Origin: Cycas panzhihuaensis
Lineage: Eukaryota > Plantae > Cycadophyta
DNA: 64,000 bases
Direction of reading: 5' to 3'
NCBI GenBank assembly: GCA_023213395.1
Contig: CM041465.1
Coordinates: forward strand, 148,497,741 to 148,561,740
The position numbers were made by a program, and so were the translations under genes. Every line of letters begins with the position of its first letter. Position 1 is the first letter of the stretch. The notes under the pieces were generated by a model. It was not told the DNA's origin. It saw only the letters and a program-made list of their open reading frames with translations, and searched no databases. Below, piece by piece: positions 62,367 through 64,000 of this stretch.

Positions 62367-64000
62367 TGTCACTTTTCATTCCATAAGCCACCAACGAAAC
62401 CAGAGTTGGGTCAGATTGTGGAGAAACCACAATTTTAGATCTTAATTATAGGATGAGAGGCAGTCCTATAATGAGACACCAATGAGATGCCTAGGGAAAG
62501 TAGAATATTGTTGGCTCTAATGATCAGGTGGTACCTTGGATGCTTGTTCTTGTTCTTTCTATTTTTTTTATAGGTAGTTAAACATGTTTCATTAGGTTGA
62601 GAGGGGGAGCCAGAAGTCAGAGTGTTATAGGATGGAAAATAGCCTCTAAAACAGTGAAAAAGAGCCACTTCAAGTCTTTATAGTCTCTGGTTGGCCATCA
62701 TGCGATGCACATGCAGGTGAACCATAGTTCAAGACTAGGCCAAGGCCAACCTAGGGCTGTTAGGAACAGTGTAATCAACAAATTCTTAGTACATAAGGAC
62801 ATTATTGGTGCTAGAGAGGTAGCATATATTCTTGTTATTTTTGGAAAAGTGCAAGAGGAGCACTCTTCGAAGAAGGGGAAGCAGTCATCATTCTTGTGAC
62901 CAAACTCTAGAGAGAAGATGCTTTCATGCATACACAAGGAGAGCTAAAAAAGGTAAGTTATGTTAAAATGTTCTCTCTGTAATAAGTTTCTTATTATGCA
63001 TTATTTTATTATTTTTTCCTTCACTTTTCTAAAATGAAATTATGAGATGTATGGCTATAATTATGCAGGTCATATGGCTACATTTATAAGAGGGCCATAC
63101 AATTGCTCGGGATAGGTCATACAATCATCCCATAACAGGTAGTATGACTGCGTTTATGGGTAGCCATAAAGTTGTACTTAGTGCAAGTTGTACATGATTT
63201 TTTATAGGGTTGTATGGTTGCATGTGGGTAGGCCGTGTGGACCCTAGAGACAATTGTACAACTATATACATAGCATGCATATAGGCCGTATTGATATGTT
63301 GCCGGAAGGCGGGACTCTGCAATATGCAACAATGAGAAGAACAAAGGAGGAATATGATGGTATAACAATAAAAGAATAGAAAAAAAAGAAGGTACGAACT
63401 AAAAGTAAAATATCCATGGGAAGCTTGTGGGTGAACCATTCTTGCATCTGTTCCTTTTTGCTATAAGCATTCTTGATGCATTCTAGGACTATTTTGGACA
63501 TTTTGAGTGTTGAATAGATTGTGTGAAGTTGAAGGGGGTTTGATATGGACCAGATTTGAGCCCCAACACAAATGAGTGCACATAAATAACAAGGAAAAGG
63601 CTTTAAGAGATGATGTGTGGAAAATTATAGCTCTTGCATTAACTCCAAGAATTTGTAAAATATAATAGGAGGCTCCCTTGTTTTAATCATAAGTTGAGGG
63701 GCAATTGCAAAACAGAAAAGGAATCTACTCAAACTAGAAAATTGAAGCATCTATCCAAAATAGAATATCGGTTACACTTTTGTAACCGATATGTGAACTA
63801 ACTTAACTACACACAAACTCGAGTCACTTTTATAACTTAAGTGAGTTCAATGTAGTGGTTCTAAAGTTGCTTACTAATGTAACACACAAGGATGGGCCTA
63901 GTAGGGATGGGTTTTTAGGTAGCTGTTGAAGAATTCACAGTGCTATTGCAAGAAACTACTATAAAATAGAGAAATAGACTAATATTGATAATTGACAAGA
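62367..64000. mobile_element. Possible LTR or other TE fragment running off the window end
   Basis: Begins TGTCAC, non-coding, AAG|GTAAGT and repetitive GTAT/GGCC motifs resembling large gypsy LTRs; no second end visible. Confidence 0.25.

Overview
Plant nuclear DNA (large-genome, gymnosperm-like by inference). Positions 1-59594 are one nested LTR-retrotransposon stack. I resolve about 16 elements from TG..CA LTR ends, primer-binding sites (PBS), polypurine tracts (PPT) and 5-bp target-site duplications (TSD), and label them with letters. Ty1/copia: B, C, F, H, J, plus the copia-type non-autonomous A. Chromovirus-type Ty3/gypsy: G, I, O, and the non-autonomous D and Q. Athila-like gypsy: K, L, P; L and P show a tRNA-Glu-type PBS. 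Also a single-LTR element M and a 573-bp TRIM composite E. Inferred nesting: K>F>C>B>A, C>D, C>E, F>G, F>H>I, K>M>L>J, O>P>Q. All pol genes are disrupted or deleted. 59595-64000 is low-copy-looking DNA with plus-strand splice signals but no gene I can identify. Most unusual observations: (1) copia B has a second, intact Gag N-terminus upstream that can be spliced in frame onto the Gag body, removing a putatively structured leader block; (2) TRIM E is a head-to-head inverted dimer with two U5 ends inside one TSD, and has tRNA-type A/B boxes across its U5-PBS junction; (3) copia J carries an 11-copy GTGGGGCC(CAC) TCP-site array; (4) Athila-like L has a four-zinc-knuckle Gag but lacks RT, RNase H and the integrase core. 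Coordinates and mismatch counts were read by eye; no database searches were run.
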